64,000 nt of DNA from Calditrichia bacterium (GCA_963777955.1 CAVZSQ010000019.1:288001-352000); one strand, 5' to 3'; positions 41,561 to 52,709 are shown, counted from the stretch's first letter. Translations and numbers: made by a program. The notes: a model not told the origin generated them from the sequence alone.

Positions 41561-42333
41561 AGTACTTTCATGATCATGCTTAATACCAGCACCGCCAGCA
41601 GTGATAATAGCACAGCCTGATAAAAATTCTGACGCCATTTCCAGATATAATATGCTGATACTACGCTAACCAGAAACACAATCCCCTGCAGCAAATCAAC
41701 CTGTCCGAATTTTAAAAGTGAAAAACCACCAATACTGCCCAGGGCTATAGCTCCAATTGCCCCGAACAGCCTCTTTAAATTCATATACTCGTCCAGATTG
41801 AGGACTTTATAAACCTCAAATCCGAGTTGATACCCCTTGCGGATGCCGCCAATTCGTATAAAGAAATGCGGGATATTATAGATCAGCAACATAAATCCCA
41901 GAAAAATCAACTGCCAGTGCAATTCTTTGAAAATTAAAATACCCAGAACAGCCACCAGTGCAGAAGACGGTTTGATACTTGCCCAGAATACCTGATCGCC
42001 GATTGCTCCCAGCGGACCGATCAGGGCATTCTTTAACCGCTCAACCTTGCCCGGATCAGGTTGGCGCGAGACCTGTTGATCTTCCTCAACCCTTACAATA
42101 GCACCAATAGCGAACGAAGCAAAGTATGGATGAGCATTAAAAAAATTCAAATGCCGGCATAGAAATTTGATCCGCTCACCTTTTTCTTTAAAAATTCGTT
42201 TGGCTGCAGGCACCAGTGTATAACAGAAACCGATCGATAATAAACTATGATAATTCCAGACCGCCTGTATAAAGAACGAGCGGAAAAACATGCGCCACAA
42301 ATCCCAGTAATTTAATAAGCTCTGCTTACTCAT
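41557..42333 (-). CDS. PTS mannose/fructose/sorbose family IID component
   Basis: QAVWNY, RHLNFFNAHPY, GPLGAIGD..FW, YNIPH. Confidence 0.9.
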   Translation of the reverse strand: MSKQSLLNYWDLWRMFFRSFFIQAVWNYHSLLSIGFCYTLVPAAKRIFKEKGERIKFLCRHLNFFNAHPYFASFAIGAIVRVEEDQQVSRQPDPGKVERLKNALIGPLGAIGDQVFWASIKPSSALVAVLGILIFKELHWQLIFLGFMLLIYNIPHFFIRIGGIRKGYQLGFEVYKVLNLDEYMNLKRLFGAIGAIALGSIGGFSLLKFGQVDLLQGIVFLVSVVSAYYIWKWRQNFYQAVLLSLLAVLVLSMIMKVL

Positions 42334-43010
42334 GCTAAAATATAAAAAAGTATTATTCCCAATATTGCACCTGCACTGATCAGCCTTTTACTGCCCTTAT
42401 CTTTAAAGATGGTCAGAATCAATCCACAACCAATCCCCAGTATGGCCGCCATGCCATGATCGAAAAATTTATACCAGTTCGTCGGGATAAGTTTTAAAAA
42501 CGGAAAAAGCAGATCCGCTGCGGATAAAGCAGCAATAATCAGCGCAAACATCAGTACGAAATGCAGCATGATCGCTGAGAAAACCGTAAATCCCAGGGCA
42601 CTGCTGTGGCCATTCTGCACCGCAGCATACACCCGGTGAAAAATGATACTGTTAAGCCGGCGATGCACCACCACAAATTCAGAACCGATGTAACTGATCA
42701 ATAACCCGTAGAGAATTCCCGCAGCAAAAACCAGATTAAAATAATTATAATCAGGCGCAAAACGCATGATCAGGGTACTGGTCACAATTGCAGCGACATT
42801 AGCCTCGGGTATTTTTACTCCTCCGACCGGCAGACTGATCAGCCAGAGTAATTGCAAATACAGGCCTACATGTAATCCCAGCTGCACATCGCCAAAGTAC
42901 CAGCCGATCAGCGTGCTGGTGATCAGCGGTTGGGCCAGTAAAGTCTGGAAAACCACCGAAGTATCCAGAGCAATCAGACTGCCGATTAATGCTATAACTA
43001 AATTTTCCAT
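42330..43010 (-). CDS. PTS mannose/fructose/sorbose family IIC component
   Basis: QPLI...IG...GD...GL..G..LQLLWL...PVGG..P pattern; coupled to IID. Confidence 0.82.
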   Translation of the reverse strand: MENLVIALIGSLIALDTSVVFQTLLAQPLITSTLIGWYFGDVQLGLHVGLYLQLLWLISLPVGGVKIPEANVAAIVTSTLIMRFAPDYNYFNLVFAAGILYGLLISYIGSEFVVVHRRLNSIIFHRVYAAVQNGHSSALGFTVFSAIMLHFVLMFALIIAALSAADLLFPFLKLIPTNWYKFFDHGMAAILGIGCGLILTIFKDKGSKRLISAGAILGIILFYILA

Positions 43011-43036
43011 CCAGCGTAATTTATGATAAAGATCGA

Positions 43037-44083
43037 TTATTTTGGTTTTAAATAATAGACAATTTTTTGCGCAATGTCCATAAACACCCTGGCCTGAACA
43101 TGATCCGGATTTTTCTGAACCACCGGGTGGCCCTCATCTCCGCCGATCCTGATCTCCAGGTCCAACGGAATTTCACCTAATAAATCCACCTGTAACCGTT
43201 CACATTCGCGTTTTGCACCACCAGCCGAAAAAATTTCCGTTCTACCCTGGCAATGCGGACATACAAAATAACTCATATTCTCAACGATACCGATGATGGG
43301 CACATTTACTTTACGGAACATCTGTACCCCTTTGGCAGCATCGAGCAATGCAACGTCCTGAGGTGTGGTCACAATAACCGCTCCATCCAGGGCAATCGAT
43401 TGCGATAAAGTCAATTGCGCGTCCCCGGTGCCGGGCGGCATATCGAACAACATAATATCCAGGTCACCCCAGGAGACATCCCGCATCAACTGCTGCAAAG
43501 CCCGCATAACCAGAGGTCCGCGCCAGATTACCGGATTATCGTCGCTCAGTAAAAAACCCAATGACATTAACTGTACATCATACTTACGGATGGGTAATAA
43601 TTTTTGCCCGTCAAATTGCGGTTTGTCTTTTATCCCGAACATCAGGGGAATGCTGGGACCATATATATCGGCATCCAACAGACCCACTTTTAATCCGCTC
43701 CTGGCCAGAGCTACCGCCAGGTTTACACTGACGGTGGATTTGCCCACTCCGCCTTTACCGCTGGCTACCGCAATTTTATGCCTGACCGTGGGCAGAAAAG
43801 TATCCAGAGGTGTTGTTTTGGAAACATTCTGAACATTCGTTTCCGGTTCGGGGATTTGCACCGATACAGCCCGGACGCCGTCGATGGCCTGTACTTTCTG
43901 TTTAATATTGCCAATGACCTCCCTGATAATTGCGTCGTCACGTATCCGTAAATCCAGCGTAATAACCACTTCGCTATGAATAATTCGAATATCTTTGACG
44001 ATGCCGAAGGAGACTATATCTGTTGAATAGCCCGGATATAAAACCAGCTGCAGCGCGGTTGATACTTCGTCTTTATTAATCAT
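43037..44083 (-). CDS. apbC: Mrp/ApbC Fe-S cluster carrier ATPase
   Basis: SGKGGVGKST, DADIYGPS, DMPPGTGD, ENMSYFVCPHC. Confidence 0.93.
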   Translation of the reverse strand: MINKDEVSTALQLVLYPGYSTDIVSFGIVKDIRIIHSEVVITLDLRIRDDAIIREVIGNIKQKVQAIDGVRAVSVQIPEPETNVQNVSKTTPLDTFLPTVRHKIAVASGKGGVGKSTVSVNLAVALARSGLKVGLLDADIYGPSIPLMFGIKDKPQFDGQKLLPIRKYDVQLMSLGFLLSDDNPVIWRGPLVMRALQQLMRDVSWGDLDIMLFDMPPGTGDAQLTLSQSIALDGAVIVTTPQDVALLDAAKGVQMFRKVNVPIIGIVENMSYFVCPHCQGRTEIFSAGGAKRECERLQVDLLGEIPLDLEIRIGGDEGHPVVQKNPDHVQARVFMDIAQKIVYYLKPK

Positions 44084-44157
44084 GAAAATTACCTGATTCC
44101 ACCAGATTCATTTTACCGATTTTAGCCAAAAATTCTGCACTAACCAAAGATTAATTT

Positions 44158-44191
44158 AAAAAAAAAGCCAACCATCGATAGGTTGGCTTTT
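44158..44191. terminator. Intrinsic terminator (possibly bidirectional)
   Basis: AAAAGCCAACC-N7-GGTTGGCTTTT with a long A run on the left, just downstream of the 44210 gene. Confidence 0.8.
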
Positions 44192-44209
44192 ATGGATTAC
44201 CTGTCCATC

Positions 44210-44866
44210 TTATATAATAACCTCGAGATCCAGAATTTTATCATTATTCAGATTTAATACTATTGTTTTGTCTTTCTTGAGTTTAATATCATTTATCAGC
44301 GTTAGAGTGACCTTGAAATCCAGCGTCTCCATATTTTTCTCTTCCAGAGTTCCCAGGCCGTTAATTACTCCACCCTGGGCTTTATCATAATAACTGATGG
44401 TGATCTCTTCTTTTAGATCCAGTGCATCCAGTATTTCTCTGATTTCCTCGATATTACGTTGTTCCACGATTTTTTCATCGATATCTTCTTCCAGGCTCAG
44501 GATATCGCCATCGGCATAAAAAAAATCGAGCGTTCCGCCGCCCCCCTTGATAAAGATCAGTTTCTCGCTTTGACCTTCCGAAATACTTCGTTCCACATTA
44601 ACGACTTTACCGGTAAAATGGTTGTTGCCGATATCTATAATTTTAACCTCGATTGGAGGATCTTCAGGAGTGCCGTCATAAGCTAAACGGGTTATCTTGA
44701 CCTTTTTACCCTTGCCAACCTTGATCAGTTTGCTCTTGACTTCTTCCGGCAGCAGGACTCCGGCACGAACTTTCGGTTTTGATCTAAACAGACCCATCAA
44801 ATACCTTCTGGATCTGAGCTCAACCTCTATAAAATCCTGAACCGGGAAATGGATAGGTACTCGCAT
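44210..44866 (-). CDS. Hypothetical protein
   Basis: Long ORF of soluble, beta-rich composition with its own terminator. Start is ATG 44866 (GAGGA RBS) or ATG 44797 (AAGGT RBS). Confidence 0.7.
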   Translation of the reverse strand: MRVPIHFPVQDFIEVELRSRRYLMGLFRSKPKVRAGVLLPEEVKSKLIKVGKGKKVKITRLAYDGTPEDPPIEVKIIDIGNNHFTGKVVNVERSISEGQSEKLIFIKGGGGTLDFFYADGDILSLEEDIDEKIVEQRNIEEIREILDALDLKEEITISYYDKAQGGVINGLGTLEEKNMETLDFKVTLTLINDIKLKKDKTIVLNLNNDKILDLEVII

Positions 44867-44979
44867 AACCAATCCTCATAGATGTTTGTTAAATTTCATG
44901 ATTATATTAGACTTATAAACTTAATAAAGATAAGCTATAAAAGCAAGTAAGTCAAAAATATGGCCTGCGGAAATATAGA

Positions 44980-45076
44980 TAGTTCCTTAGTACCTGAGTT
45001 CCTGAGTACCTTAGTATAAAGATACTTAGGGACTAAAGGACTCAGGGACTAAGGTACTCAGGGACTAAGGTACTAT
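44980..45076. repeat. Inverted pair of 8-nt tandem arrays
   Basis: Left arm tagttcct/tagtacct/gagttcct/gagtacct/tagta, 6-nt spacer, right arm tacttagg/gactaaag/gactcagg/gactaagg/tactcagg/gactaagg/tacta. Confidence 0.85.
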
Positions 45077-45080
45077 TAAA

Positions 45081-46790
45081 TCATTTCCCCCTTGCCTCCA
45101 GCAGAACTCTGGCATTGGCAATTGCCTGCGGAGTGATTTGCTCGCCGCCCAACAGTCTGGCGATATTTTCTACACGCTCCTCCTGCCCGAGTTTTTTCAC
45201 CTCAACTGTAGTCCGGCCGGTGGATTCAATCTTATTTACCGCGAAGTGCACCCCACCCTGCGCTGCTATCTGGGGCAGATGGGTAATCACAATTAGTTGA
45301 TGCCGTCGCGCAATTTCCTGCATTTTTTTTCCGACAATCTCGGCATAACGGCCGGAAATCCCGCTGTCAATTTCATCAAAGACCAGCGTGGAGATGTTAT
45401 CACTTTCCGCTAAAATCGCTTTGAGACACAACATGATCCGGGAAATTTCTCCCCCTGAAGCCACCCGATGTAGCGGACGAACAGGTTCGCCCACATTCAT
45501 GCCGACATAGAATTCAATTAAATCCATGCCCAGCGGATTAACGGCATATCTTTTCCCCTTTTCCATGACCACTCCCTGCTCCTCTTCCTGCCAGGAGATT
45601 TGTACCTGGAAACGGGCCTTTTTTAGTCCGACCGTATCGAATAAATCCTGAAGTTGTTGTTCAAACTGTTTGGCTGTTTTTTTTCTGTAGGCAGAAATTG
45701 ACAGGGCCAGCGATTGCAGATCAATCCTGCTTTTTTCAATATCCTGCCGCAGCACCGTGATACGTTCATCGTAGTTCTCCAGCATGGCCATATATGTTAC
45801 CAGTTTATCCCTGAATTGGATTAAGTCCCGCACCGATTCAACCTGGTACTTTTTTAATAACCAGTTTATTTCAGCTTCGCGGATTCTGACTGTTTCCAGC
45901 CGCTGGGGATCAAATTCCAGGGTACCGCTGTACTGTTCGCAAAATCTTCCGGTTTCTTCCAGCGCCACCCGTGCTGACTCCAGTCCCTGTACCAACTCCA
46001 CAAATTGCTTGTCGATGGTACTGATTTTGCCAAGATCGGAGATGGCCTGAGCGATTTTTTTATTAAGGGCATTCTCATCGCTGTAAAGCAGATCTGCGAC
46101 GGTCCTGCTCAGTTCGAACAATTGTTCGCTGTTTTCCATGATCCGGCGTTCAGAGATCAATTTTTCTAACTCGGAGTCATCAAGGTTGGCTTTGCTCAGT
46201 TCATCAATTTGATATTGATACAGATCTTTTTTCTCAAAACTGGTTTTACGCAACGCCAGCAGATTATTCAATTCTTCGAGCCTGGCAAAATAGTTACGGT
46301 AGGTGATTGTGTACTTGTCCAATTCCGGTTTAACCCGGTTAAAGGCATCAAGATAATAAATATGGTATTCGGGATGAATCAACCGCTGATGCTGATGCTG
46401 TCCGTGAAGATCAAGCAAACCCGCCATGATCGAACCCAGATCATTAAGCGTGACGGGAGTGTCATTGATGAACGCACGGCTGCTCCCCTTGCTTGAAATT
46501 TCACGCCGGACCAAGATGGCCTGGTCAATATCGGTTAACTGCAAACCGGTCAATTTATCGATGACTTCTTTATTCAGACCGGTTTTAAACTCTGCCTCCA
46601 GAATCGTCTTGGATGCACCGGCACGTATCAGATCTGCATTCCCGCGGTCTCCGCAAAGCAGGCCCAGAGCACCAACCAGAATTGATTTTCCCGCTCCTGT
46701 TTCACCGGTTATTACCTGGAAACCCGGTGCAAATTCAATGGACAGTTCATCGACAATAGTGAAGTCTTTGATATATAACCGGAGAAGCAT
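45081..46790 (-). CDS. recN: DNA repair protein RecN
   Basis: TGETGAGKS, HGQHQHQ, SGGEISR, FDEIDSGISG, ITHLPQIA. Confidence 0.97.
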   Translation of the reverse strand: MLLRLYIKDFTIVDELSIEFAPGFQVITGETGAGKSILVGALGLLCGDRGNADLIRAGASKTILEAEFKTGLNKEVIDKLTGLQLTDIDQAILVRREISSKGSSRAFINDTPVTLNDLGSIMAGLLDLHGQHQHQRLIHPEYHIYYLDAFNRVKPELDKYTITYRNYFARLEELNNLLALRKTSFEKKDLYQYQIDELSKANLDDSELEKLISERRIMENSEQLFELSRTVADLLYSDENALNKKIAQAISDLGKISTIDKQFVELVQGLESARVALEETGRFCEQYSGTLEFDPQRLETVRIREAEINWLLKKYQVESVRDLIQFRDKLVTYMAMLENYDERITVLRQDIEKSRIDLQSLALSISAYRKKTAKQFEQQLQDLFDTVGLKKARFQVQISWQEEEQGVVMEKGKRYAVNPLGMDLIEFYVGMNVGEPVRPLHRVASGGEISRIMLCLKAILAESDNISTLVFDEIDSGISGRYAEIVGKKMQEIARRHQLIVITHLPQIAAQGGVHFAVNKIESTGRTTVEVKKLGQEERVENIARLLGGEQITPQAIANARVLLEARGK

Positions 46791-46809
46791 GGTGAGTATT
46801 ATTAAAGGG

Positions 46810-49171
46810 TCAAGGTTTAATTACAGAAATTTTCCCTGAATTTTTCAATCCTTCTTCATTGAAGATCAGATATAAATAGATACCACTGGGTACAAATTTG
46901 TTTTGGACATCCTTGCCGTCCCAGGTCGCACGGCTGCCTTCGATCTCTCCGCCAACTGCGCTTAATTCCCTGACCAGATGTCCATTAATATTCAGAATTT
47001 TTACAGTCGAATTGGGAACCAGATTCTTAATTACAAAGTCCCTCGAACCGTCCAGCATGAAAGGATTGGGTCCGCTGGCTACTTCGACTAGATCAGACCG
47101 AAATTGTGAGAAAGCGCCTTTAAAGATCACCAGTCCAAGTTCCGTACCCAGATAGGCAGCTCCGCTCTGATTGTCCACCAGGACACTGTTGATTATCGGG
47201 CTGGGCAACCCGCTGTTTTCGGTCGTATAATGTACCCAGGCAGCCGGATCCCAGGGACTCTTTCCTGCCTGCAGGATACTCAATCCTCCATCGGTAGCAA
47301 ACCATTTATTATTATAAGCATCGACAAATATACAATTGATTTTATTCTCTACCGGCCCGATATCACCCACATGTTTATAAACACGCCGGTTCAGACCGCT
47401 GGCATCATTCTGGTAAGAGTTTAATCCCGCACTTGTGCCGATCCAGATAATGCCATCCTGATCCTGTTTCAGGGCCAGGATTGTGTTACTGAATAAATTA
47501 TCGCTGTTCATATTCATACGGTACAGACTGGTCATCACTGATATTCTCAATATCTGCACCGTAATCCAGAATCAGTATCCCGCCATTCCAGGTACCCATC
47601 CATACCCGGTTGAATGCAGAAGTAGTTTCAAATTCCAGACATGATACCTGGCTGTCGTCCAGAGTCATACCGATATTATCGCCCAGATAAGTCCATTCCG
47701 AACAGGAAGGCAGGTCGGAATGGGAATTGTTAAACACGGCCAGATATTCGGGAATCCGGGCATAGTGATTAACAATCCATAGATTTTGATTAACATCCTC
47801 CTGGAAATAAGGTAGGACTGTATAGGTATCGGAATCTTCTACTTCCGCACCAACGAGACAATTGCGTTTTGCTTCGGGTACTTCCGGCAGTACGATTTGC
47901 TGATCCGCCTGCAGAGTTGAGATAACCATTCCACCTTCGCCCGCCCAGGCATGATAATAATCAACATTATCACCCGAAATAACGGTCGCTCCGCCTCCCC
48001 AGGCACCGATCCAGACGCGCCCGAGTTGATCTTCATAAACAACATCCGTGTGATTCTTTATTAACCACAGATCACCGGTAAATTTATAATTGGTCCAATT
48101 CCTGAAATCATATTTGTAGAATCCTTCGCCATAGGTCAGTTTGAATTTTCCGGAAGTCATCCATAATTGTCCCTGACGATCTTTGATCACCACTCCCACA
48201 TGGTTGCTGCCAGGCCCGTCAATTTTAAATGATTTCAGCCAATTACTTTTACGCAGACCGCCGGAGGTCAGGCCCAGCCATAATTCTCCGTTTTCAGCGA
48301 GAGACCCCGCAGAGATATTTCGATCCAGAGTCTGCTGGAGTACCCATTGTCCATTTTGTTTCAGGTAATATTGATTGTACTGTACAAAATATAGTTGTGT
48401 TTGATTGGTAATAATCCCGTTCACATAACCAAATTCCCAGGAATCTTCCGGATGAAGTACAAAGGACTTGTCTAACCAGGCTGCACCAAGGGTTGTTGCG
48501 ATATATAAGACAGAATCCACCACGGCCAGATCCAGGATCACGTCTGCGGGTAATCCCTGTTCTGTGGTAATTGTTCTCCAGGCACCTGCAATTTTTAAAT
48601 TGTCCTGCTTATAATTGGCTGAGGCGTAAAGCAGGCCATGCTGCGTCGCATAGAAAACAAAATTATTAAAAACTGCTATCCGGTATCCTTTTTCGGGATT
48701 AATAGTAAAATTATTATAAAAATCGCGAAAAATAAGTTCGGTACTGGCAGATTCAAAAACACCCACACCTTCATCGGTTGCAATCCAGATACTGCTTGTA
48801 TCGGCCTCAACATCCATTATGTTCTGTTCTTCCATAGCTGAATTTACAAGCCAGGACTTCGTCAGCGGATTATATAAGTTTATCACTCCGTCCCTGCTGG
48901 CAAATAAAAGATTTCCATACCTGTCGGCTGTCGCCGCAGTAATGTCCAGTGATTTCAATCCGTCCAGATTGTTATAGATCTGCCAGGTGCTGTCGGCAGG
49001 TTTAAAACGGTATACTCCGCCGCTGCTGCCCACCCAGATCTCATGGTTTGAGTATTGTACAGCAGTTACATCATTCATATTAGTGATGACCTGCCAGTCA
49101 TGCAAACCCTGCGCTGAAATATTTTGAACCGTTAGATTCAGCAGTAAAAGGAATGATAATTTCTTCAGCAT
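46810..49171 (-). CDS. PorZ-like beta-propeller protein with C-terminal FlgD/T9SS-type domain (frameshift near 47520)
   Basis: Signal peptide and repeated WxGT..G propeller blades. C-terminus GPNPF..STVKILNING.LVREL..WDGKD..VPSGIYL. Split into 47498..49171 and 46810..47559. Confidence 0.75.
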
Positions 49172-49174
49172 TAA

Positions 49175-49648
49175 TTATTTTTTTTCGATTTTTTTAACCA
49201 GATCTGCCATTTCAATTGCCGAAAGGGCGGCATCCCAGCCCTTATTCCCCGATTTCGTCCCGGCCCGCTCAATCGCCTGTTCGGTAGTATCCGCGGTTAT
49301 GATACCGAATGCAACCGGTGTGCCAGAATCAAGCGATACGTGCGCGATCCCCTTGGCCACTTCACTGGTTATATATTCAAAATGAGGCGTATCACCGCGA
49401 ATGATCGTGCCCAGGCAGATAATTGCATCAAATTTGCCGCCGCTGGCTACTTTCTGGGCAATCAACGGTATTTCGAAAGATCCGGGAACCCAAAGAATTG
49501 TCACATCTTTTTCATCGGCACCATGCCGGAGCAAACAATCCATGGCTCCGTCAAGTAATTTGTGTGAGATAAATTCATTAAAGCGGCTTATTACCAGGGC
49601 AAATTTGCGGTTTTGGGCATTAAGATGACCCTGCAGCGTTTTGATCAT
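49175..49648 (-). CDS. ribH: 6,7-dimethyl-8-ribityllumazine synthase
   Basis: [32 protein letters not shown]. Confidence 0.97.
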   Translation of the reverse strand: MIKTLQGHLNAQNRKFALVISRFNEFISHKLLDGAMDCLLRHGADEKDVTILWVPGSFEIPLIAQKVASGGKFDAIICLGTIIRGDTPHFEYITSEVAKGIAHVSLDSGTPVAFGIITADTTEQAIERAGTKSGNKGWDAALSAIEMADLVKKIEKK

Positions 49649-50870
49649 TGTACCCTCCCGTTTTTCCATTTAAAATTAGATGTCCTAACTTATCCCGTTT
49701 TGTCTTTAAATATTTTTCATTAATCCGATTGGGCTTAATCTCCAGAGGTACCCGCTCAACAATTTCCAGACCGTACCCGTGCAGACCAACAATTTTCTTG
49801 GGATTATTGGTCAGTAATCTGATTCTGGTCAAACCAAGATCTTTCAGAATTTGGGCGCCGATACCATAATCCCTCAAATCAGCCTTGAAACCCAGGATCT
49901 CATTTGCTTCCACTGTATCACTGCCCTCTTCCTGGATAGCATAGGCTAATATCTTGTTCAAAAGTCCGATGCCCCGGCCCTCCTGGCGCATATACAGTAC
50001 AACACCCCGGCCCTCCTGTTCAATCATACGCAGAGCACTTTGCAATTGATCCCCGCAATCACAACGCAGGGAAGCAAAAACGTCCCCGGTGAGACATTCT
50101 GAATGTACCCGTACCAGCACCGGTTGATCACCGTTCAGTTCACCTTTAACCAGGGCAACGTGATTCTCATTTTCAGTCAGTACATTCTGATAGAGATATA
50201 ATTTGAAATTTCCGAAACGGGTCGGCATATCTATCACAGCCCGGCGACGGACCAGTTTTTCGCGCAATCGGCGGTATTCAATTAAATCGGCGATGGTGAT
50301 CATTTTTAAACTGAATTTCCTGGCTAATTTCCTTAACTTCTGTGTGCGGGCCATCTTGCCGTCATCATCCATAATCTCGCATAATACTCCTGCCGGCTTC
50401 AAACCGGCCAGGATCGCCAGATCGACTGCTGCTTCGGTATGACCGGCCCGGCGTAAAACTCCGCCATCTTTCGCTACCAGCGGGAAAATATGCCCGGGCC
50501 GGGCCAGATCGCCCGGACGGGTCAGCGGATCGATCAGTGTTAATATGGTTGTAGCCCGGTCATAAGCGGATATACCCGTGGTCGTTCCTATCTTCGCATC
50601 CACCGTCACCGTAAACGGCGTTTTGTGCAGGGCGGTATTATCCTCAACCATGAATTCCAGATTCAACTCCCTGGCTCGCTGAGAAGTGATAGCGGTACAG
50701 ATGATACCGCGGGCATATTTGGACAGGAAATTTACTGTATCAGGGCTGACCTTTTCGGCGGCCATGATGAAATCACCCTCGTTCTCACGATCTTCATCGT
50801 CCACCACGATTACCAATTTACCCTGGCGAATGTCAGCGATGGCTTCATCAATGCTATTAAAAATATTCAT
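49620..50870 (-). CDS. ribBA: Bifunctional DHBP synthase / GTP cyclohydrolase II
   Basis: [41 protein letters not shown]. Confidence 0.97.
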   Translation of the reverse strand: MNIFNSIDEAIADIRQGKLVIVVDDEDRENEGDFIMAAEKVSPDTVNFLSKYARGIICTAITSQRARELNLEFMVEDNTALHKTPFTVTVDAKIGTTTGISAYDRATTILTLIDPLTRPGDLARPGHIFPLVAKDGGVLRRAGHTEAAVDLAILAGLKPAGVLCEIMDDDGKMARTQKLRKLARKFSLKMITIADLIEYRRLREKLVRRRAVIDMPTRFGNFKLYLYQNVLTENENHVALVKGELNGDQPVLVRVHSECLTGDVFASLRCDCGDQLQSALRMIEQEGRGVVLYMRQEGRGIGLLNKILAYAIQEEGSDTVEANEILGFKADLRDYGIGAQILKDLGLTRIRLLTNNPKKIVGLHGYGLEIVERVPLEIKPNRINEKYLKTKRDKLGHLILNGKTGGYNDQNAAGSS

Positions 50871-50884
50871 AATCAGGAAATCTA

Positions 50885-51538
50885 TTAGTACCCTAAATTT
50901 TTAAACCACTCCCCGGAAAAAGTTTCGACCCTGGAGTCCGTTTTACGGGGCAGCACCAGTTTCCCAACATAGCGGGCCAGAAAATCCGTTTCAATGTTTA
51001 CCAGCTGACCGGCTTTATAACCAGAAATAACAGTGTTTTTAAATGTATGCGGTATAATCGATATTCCCGCTTTAGGCCCGGCCGCCGACAGGTCCGCAAT
51101 AGTTAAACTCACCCCATCAATAGCAATACTACCCTCGCGGACCAGAAATGGTTCCAATTCCGGCGGCATGGCCAGTTGCAAGTACCAGTTTTCTCCCCTG
51201 TTCTTCATGCTCGCTACCCGGGCCAGTCCACTTACATGTCCCTGGACGAAATGACCACCCCAGCGGCTTTCAACTTTTACTGCCCTTTCCAGGTTGACCC
51301 TGCGGCGCATTGCCCATTGTTTAATTGTTGTTTTGGTTATTGTTTCTCCGACTGCCTCGGCAATAAAACAATTTTTTTCAAGTCCCGTAACTGTCAGACA
51401 GACACCGCAGACGGCCACGGAATCACCAATTTTCAGGTCGTCGATAATTGTTTTGGCTGCAATAAACAACCGTTTCCCGCCGCGGATGGAAACGATCTTT
51501 TTCAGCGATCCTATTTCTTCAATGATTCCTGTGAACAT
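50885..51538 (-). CDS. ribE: Riboflavin synthase
   Basis: [32 protein letters not shown]. Confidence 0.96.
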   Translation of the reverse strand: MFTGIIEEIGSLKKIVSIRGGKRLFIAAKTIIDDLKIGDSVAVCGVCLTVTGLEKNCFIAEAVGETITKTTIKQWAMRRRVNLERAVKVESRWGGHFVQGHVSGLARVASMKNRGENWYLQLAMPPELEPFLVREGSIAIDGVSLTIADLSAAGPKAGISIIPHTFKNTVISGYKAGQLVNIETDFLARYVGKLVLPRKTDSRVETFSGEWFKNLGY

Positions 51539-51620
51539 GACTCCAATTTAATAAGTAAACCATCTTAAAACATAAAAATGTTATAACTGGTTTACATTAA
51601 TTTTCCTGAATAATTACCTG

Positions 51621-52709
51621 CTACCGGCGGTAGATCAGCAGTATATCTTCCGCAACATTCTTCACGGTATGTAATCGCCAGTTTTGGATTTTATTAAGGG
51701 GATTTGAAACAAAAGCAGGGAGTCCTTTACCCCAAATCTGCGGAGCAATAAAAACTACAAGTTCATCGATCAGATCACTTTGAACGAATTGAGTAAAAAT
51801 TTTTTGCCCCCCTTCCACCAGGACCGAGCTGATTTTCTCCCGGGTGAGAATTTTTAATATTGTTTTTACGGGAATCTGCCCTTGCTGGTCTCCGGCTGCA
51901 GGGATGACGGTACAATTAAGTGCTTCAATTTTTTTCAGTTTGTTTTTATGACAGGCTGCTTCGTTATATATCAGAATAATCCGGCTGTTGTAATCTCTGC
52001 TGAATACCTTATAGTCCGGGTTTAAATTCAATTTACCGTCAATAATGATGCGAACCGGATTCCTGCCCTGCTCTCCATGCACAGTCAATTCCGGATCGTC
52101 AATCCGTACCGTATTGCCGCCCACCAGCACGGCATCGTACCCGGCTCGCCAGCGGTACACGATTTGCCGTGATGGCAGGGAGCTAATCCACTTCCGGGAA
52201 ATCCGCAGCGGTGCAATTTTTCCATCAAGGGTCTGTGCAATCTTCAGGGTTACATATGGCAGGCGCCGGGTAATATATTTAAAAAAGAAGCGATTTAACT
52301 CTTCGTTTTCTGCAGATAAAAGGCCTGTCTGCACCTCTACACCGGATTGCTGCAGCAAGGCCACACCCCTGCCCTGAACCTGAGGATTCGGATCCAGGCT
52401 GGCTATGACAACCTTTTTAATACCTTCACGGATCAAACGCTGGGCACAGGGCGGGGTTTGTTTATTATTATGCACACAGGGTTCCAGGTTACAGTACAGG
52501 ACTGCACCCTGTACTCCTTCTGCAGCGGCCTCAATGGCCCGCACCTCAGCGTGAGCCCGGCCATAATGGGCATGATACCCTGTGCCGATGATACGGTTAT
52601 TTTTTACCAGTACCGCCCCGACCAGGGGATTAGGGCTGACAAAACCCTTTCCGTTACCGGCCAGCTGCAAGGCCATTTTCATAAATTGAATATCTTGATT
52701 ATCGGACAT
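51621..52709 (-). CDS. ribD: Riboflavin biosynthesis deaminase/reductase RibD
   Basis: PNPLVG, HAE, LEPC..TPPC, TLDGKIA, VLVEGG. Confidence 0.96.
   Translation of the reverse strand: MSDNQDIQFMKMALQLAGNGKGFVSPNPLVGAVLVKNNRIIGTGYHAHYGRAHAEVRAIEAAAEGVQGAVLYCNLEPCVHNNKQTPPCAQRLIREGIKKVVIASLDPNPQVQGRGVALLQQSGVEVQTGLLSAENEELNRFFFKYITRRLPYVTLKIAQTLDGKIAPLRISRKWISSLPSRQIVYRWRAGYDAVLVGGNTVRIDDPELTVHGEQGRNPVRIIIDGKLNLNPDYKVFSRDYNSRIILIYNEAACHKNKLKKIEALNCTVIPAAGDQQGQIPVKTILKILTREKISSVLVEGGQKIFTQFVQSDLIDELVVFIAPQIWGKGLPAFVSNPLNKIQNWRLHTVKNVAEDILLIYRR

Noticed and set aside
44980..45076. Possible mini CRISPR array
   Set aside because: The units are 8 nt with no unique spacers, and there are no cas genes.
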